The notes under the pieces were generated by a model, which worked only from the letters and a program-made list of their open reading frames with translations, did no database searches and was not told the DNA's origin. A stretch of DNA of 64,000 nt from Nannocystaceae bacterium ST9 (GTDB lineage Bacteria > Myxococcota_A > Polyangia > Nannocystales > Nannocystaceae). The first letter of the stretch is position 1, and every line of letters begins with the position of its first letter. Below, one piece after another: positions 62,999 to 64,000 of this stretch. The stretch is from assembly GCA_048320885.1 (NCBI GenBank), contig JBLWFJ010000001.1, positions 5,569,697 to 5,633,696 on the forward strand. The letters run 5' to 3'. The translations under genes were made by a program, and so were the position numbers.

Positions 62999-64000
62999 CC
63001 ACGCGCTCGCGCTGGCGGCTCGCGGTGGTGGTCGTCGCGCTGCTGGGCGTGGTCGCGCTCGCGCTGTGGTTGCTGCTGCGAGGCCCGCGGGTCGAGGTCG
63101 TTCGACCCACCCGGGGCGGCGTGACCGAGACGGTCGTGTCGAGCGGGCGCGTGCTCCCGCCGGCCGAGATCAACCTCGGCGCGCTGGTCAACAGCACCGT
63201 GCGCGAGGTCCATGTCGGCGAGGGCGACCCAGTGCAGGTCGGCGAGCTGCTCGTGCAGCTCGAGGACGCCGAGCTGGTCGCGGCGCTGAGCCAGGCCGAG
63301 GCGACGCTCGAGCAGGCCAAGGCCGGGCGCTTCGAGTTGACCAAGCTCAGCGAGCCGGCCGCCCGCGCCAACCTCCGCGAGGCCGAGGCCACGCTCGCCG
63401 ACGCCAAGCGCAACCTCGCGCGGACCAAGCAGCTCTACGAGAGCTCGTTCGGGACCCGAGCGGACTACGAAGACGCCCAGACCGCCCACTCGCTCGCCAA
63501 GGCCCAGCAGCAAGCCGCGCGGCTGCAGCTCGCGGCGACCGGCGAGGGCGGGAGCCAAGCGCTGCTGAGCTCGGCCGGGATCGCGGTGGCCACGGCCCAG
63601 GTCGAGCGGGCCAAGGCTCAGCTTTCGCGCACGCGGATCGAGAGCCCGGTCGATGGGATCGTGCTCGACCGCTACCTCGAGCCCGGCGACTCGGTGGTCG
63701 CCGGCAGCAAGATGCTGCTGATCTCGCGGACCGGTCTGACCCGCCTGGTCATCGAGCCCGACGAGCGCAACCTCGCTCGGCTCGCGCTCGGCCAGCAGGC
63801 GTTCGCCAGCGCCGAGGCGTTCCCGAGCGAGCGCTTCGCCGCCGAGGTCCAGTACATCGCGCCGAGCGTCGATCCTCAGCGCGGCACGATCGAGGTCCAC
63901 CTCGCCGTCCCCGATCCGCCCGACTACCTGCGGCCGCACATGACCATCTCGGTCGAGGTGATCGTCGGCGTGCACGAGGACACGCTGCTGGTCCCTCGCA
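62995..64000 (+). CDS. HlyD-family efflux transporter periplasmic adaptor subunit (partial, 3' end beyond window)
   Basis: Not in ORF track (no stop within window); ATG 62995 overlaps ptrB stop (ATGA); MTTRSRWRLAVVVVALLGVVALALWLLLRGP TM anchor then biotinyl/lipoyl-like and coiled-coil (…VGELLVQLEDAELVAALSQAEATLEQAKAG…). Confidence 0.8.
   Translation, partial: MTTRSRWRLAVVVVALLGVVALALWLLLRGPRVEVVRPTRGGVTETVVSSGRVLPPAEINLGALVNSTVREVHVGEGDPVQVGELLVQLEDAELVAALSQAEATLEQAKAGRFELTKLSEPAARANLREAEATLADAKRNLARTKQLYESSFGTRADYEDAQTAHSLAKAQQQAARLQLAATGEGGSQALLSSAGIAVATAQVERAKAQLSRTRIESPVDGIVLDRYLEPGDSVVAGSKMLLISRTGLTRLVIEPDERNLARLALGQQAFASAEAFPSERFAAEVQYIAPSVDPQRGTIEVHLAVPDPPDYLRPHMTISVEVIVGVHEDTLLVPR

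Overview
This is a high-GC (~70%) bacterial chromosomal window, probably Myxococcota: a protein carrying a MYXO-CTERM sorting tail is present, along with many lipoproteins and giant repeat proteins. The six-frame ORF track is badly confounded here. Long, well-codon-biased genes leave open 'mirror' ORFs on the opposite strand, and ORFs that run off the window edge are not listed. I therefore called strand and frame from codon usage: true genes have G/C-rich third positions, use GAC/GAG/ATC/TTC/AAG, and avoid CAA/CGA/GTA/GAT/GAA. Homology assignments are by eye, not database hits.

Content from 5' to 3':
- 1-11174 (-): a giant alpha-helical / TPR-like repeat protein of at least ~3,700 aa, absent from the ORF track and truncated at the window edge.
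- 12540-13621 (-): a low-GC island carrying a two-gene PD-(D/E)xK nuclease-like + PIN-like module.
- 13678-16222 (-): a CPA2 cation:proton antiporter, then a beta-propeller lipoprotein.
- 17177-19799 (-): an ABC-2 permease, a GST, and a dienelactone hydrolase.
- 19873-20853 (+): a GlxA/AraC-type regulator.
- 21169-24453 (+): two near-identical tandem FG-GAP-repeat lipoproteins, each preceded by an acidic linker.
- 24467-29769: an orphan ABC ATPase (-), then M13 peptidase / acyl-CoA dehydrogenase / FAD-oxidoreductase (+).
- 29912-31705: a DUF222-HNH endonuclease with an inverted partial copy and a cytochrome-c remnant.
- 32359-38102 (+): an operon of two paralogous beta-propeller lipoproteins and a pentaheme cytochrome c.
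- 39784-41313 (-): an arylsulfotransferase-like lipoprotein.
- 42224-43216 (+): HupE/UreJ.
- 43541-47825 (+): a double-VWA MYXO-CTERM protein and DUF3604.
- 47892-52116 (+): a class I nrdAB operon preceded by a sigma70-like promoter, an NrdR box and an apparent cobalamin riboswitch.
- 52461-64000: housekeeping genes (Smr, SDR, PlsC, alpha/beta hydrolase, YhhN, oligopeptidase B, partial HlyD adaptor).

A ~65-90 nt sequence is repeated almost exactly upstream of two secreted-protein genes (20.9 kb and 43.4 kb).
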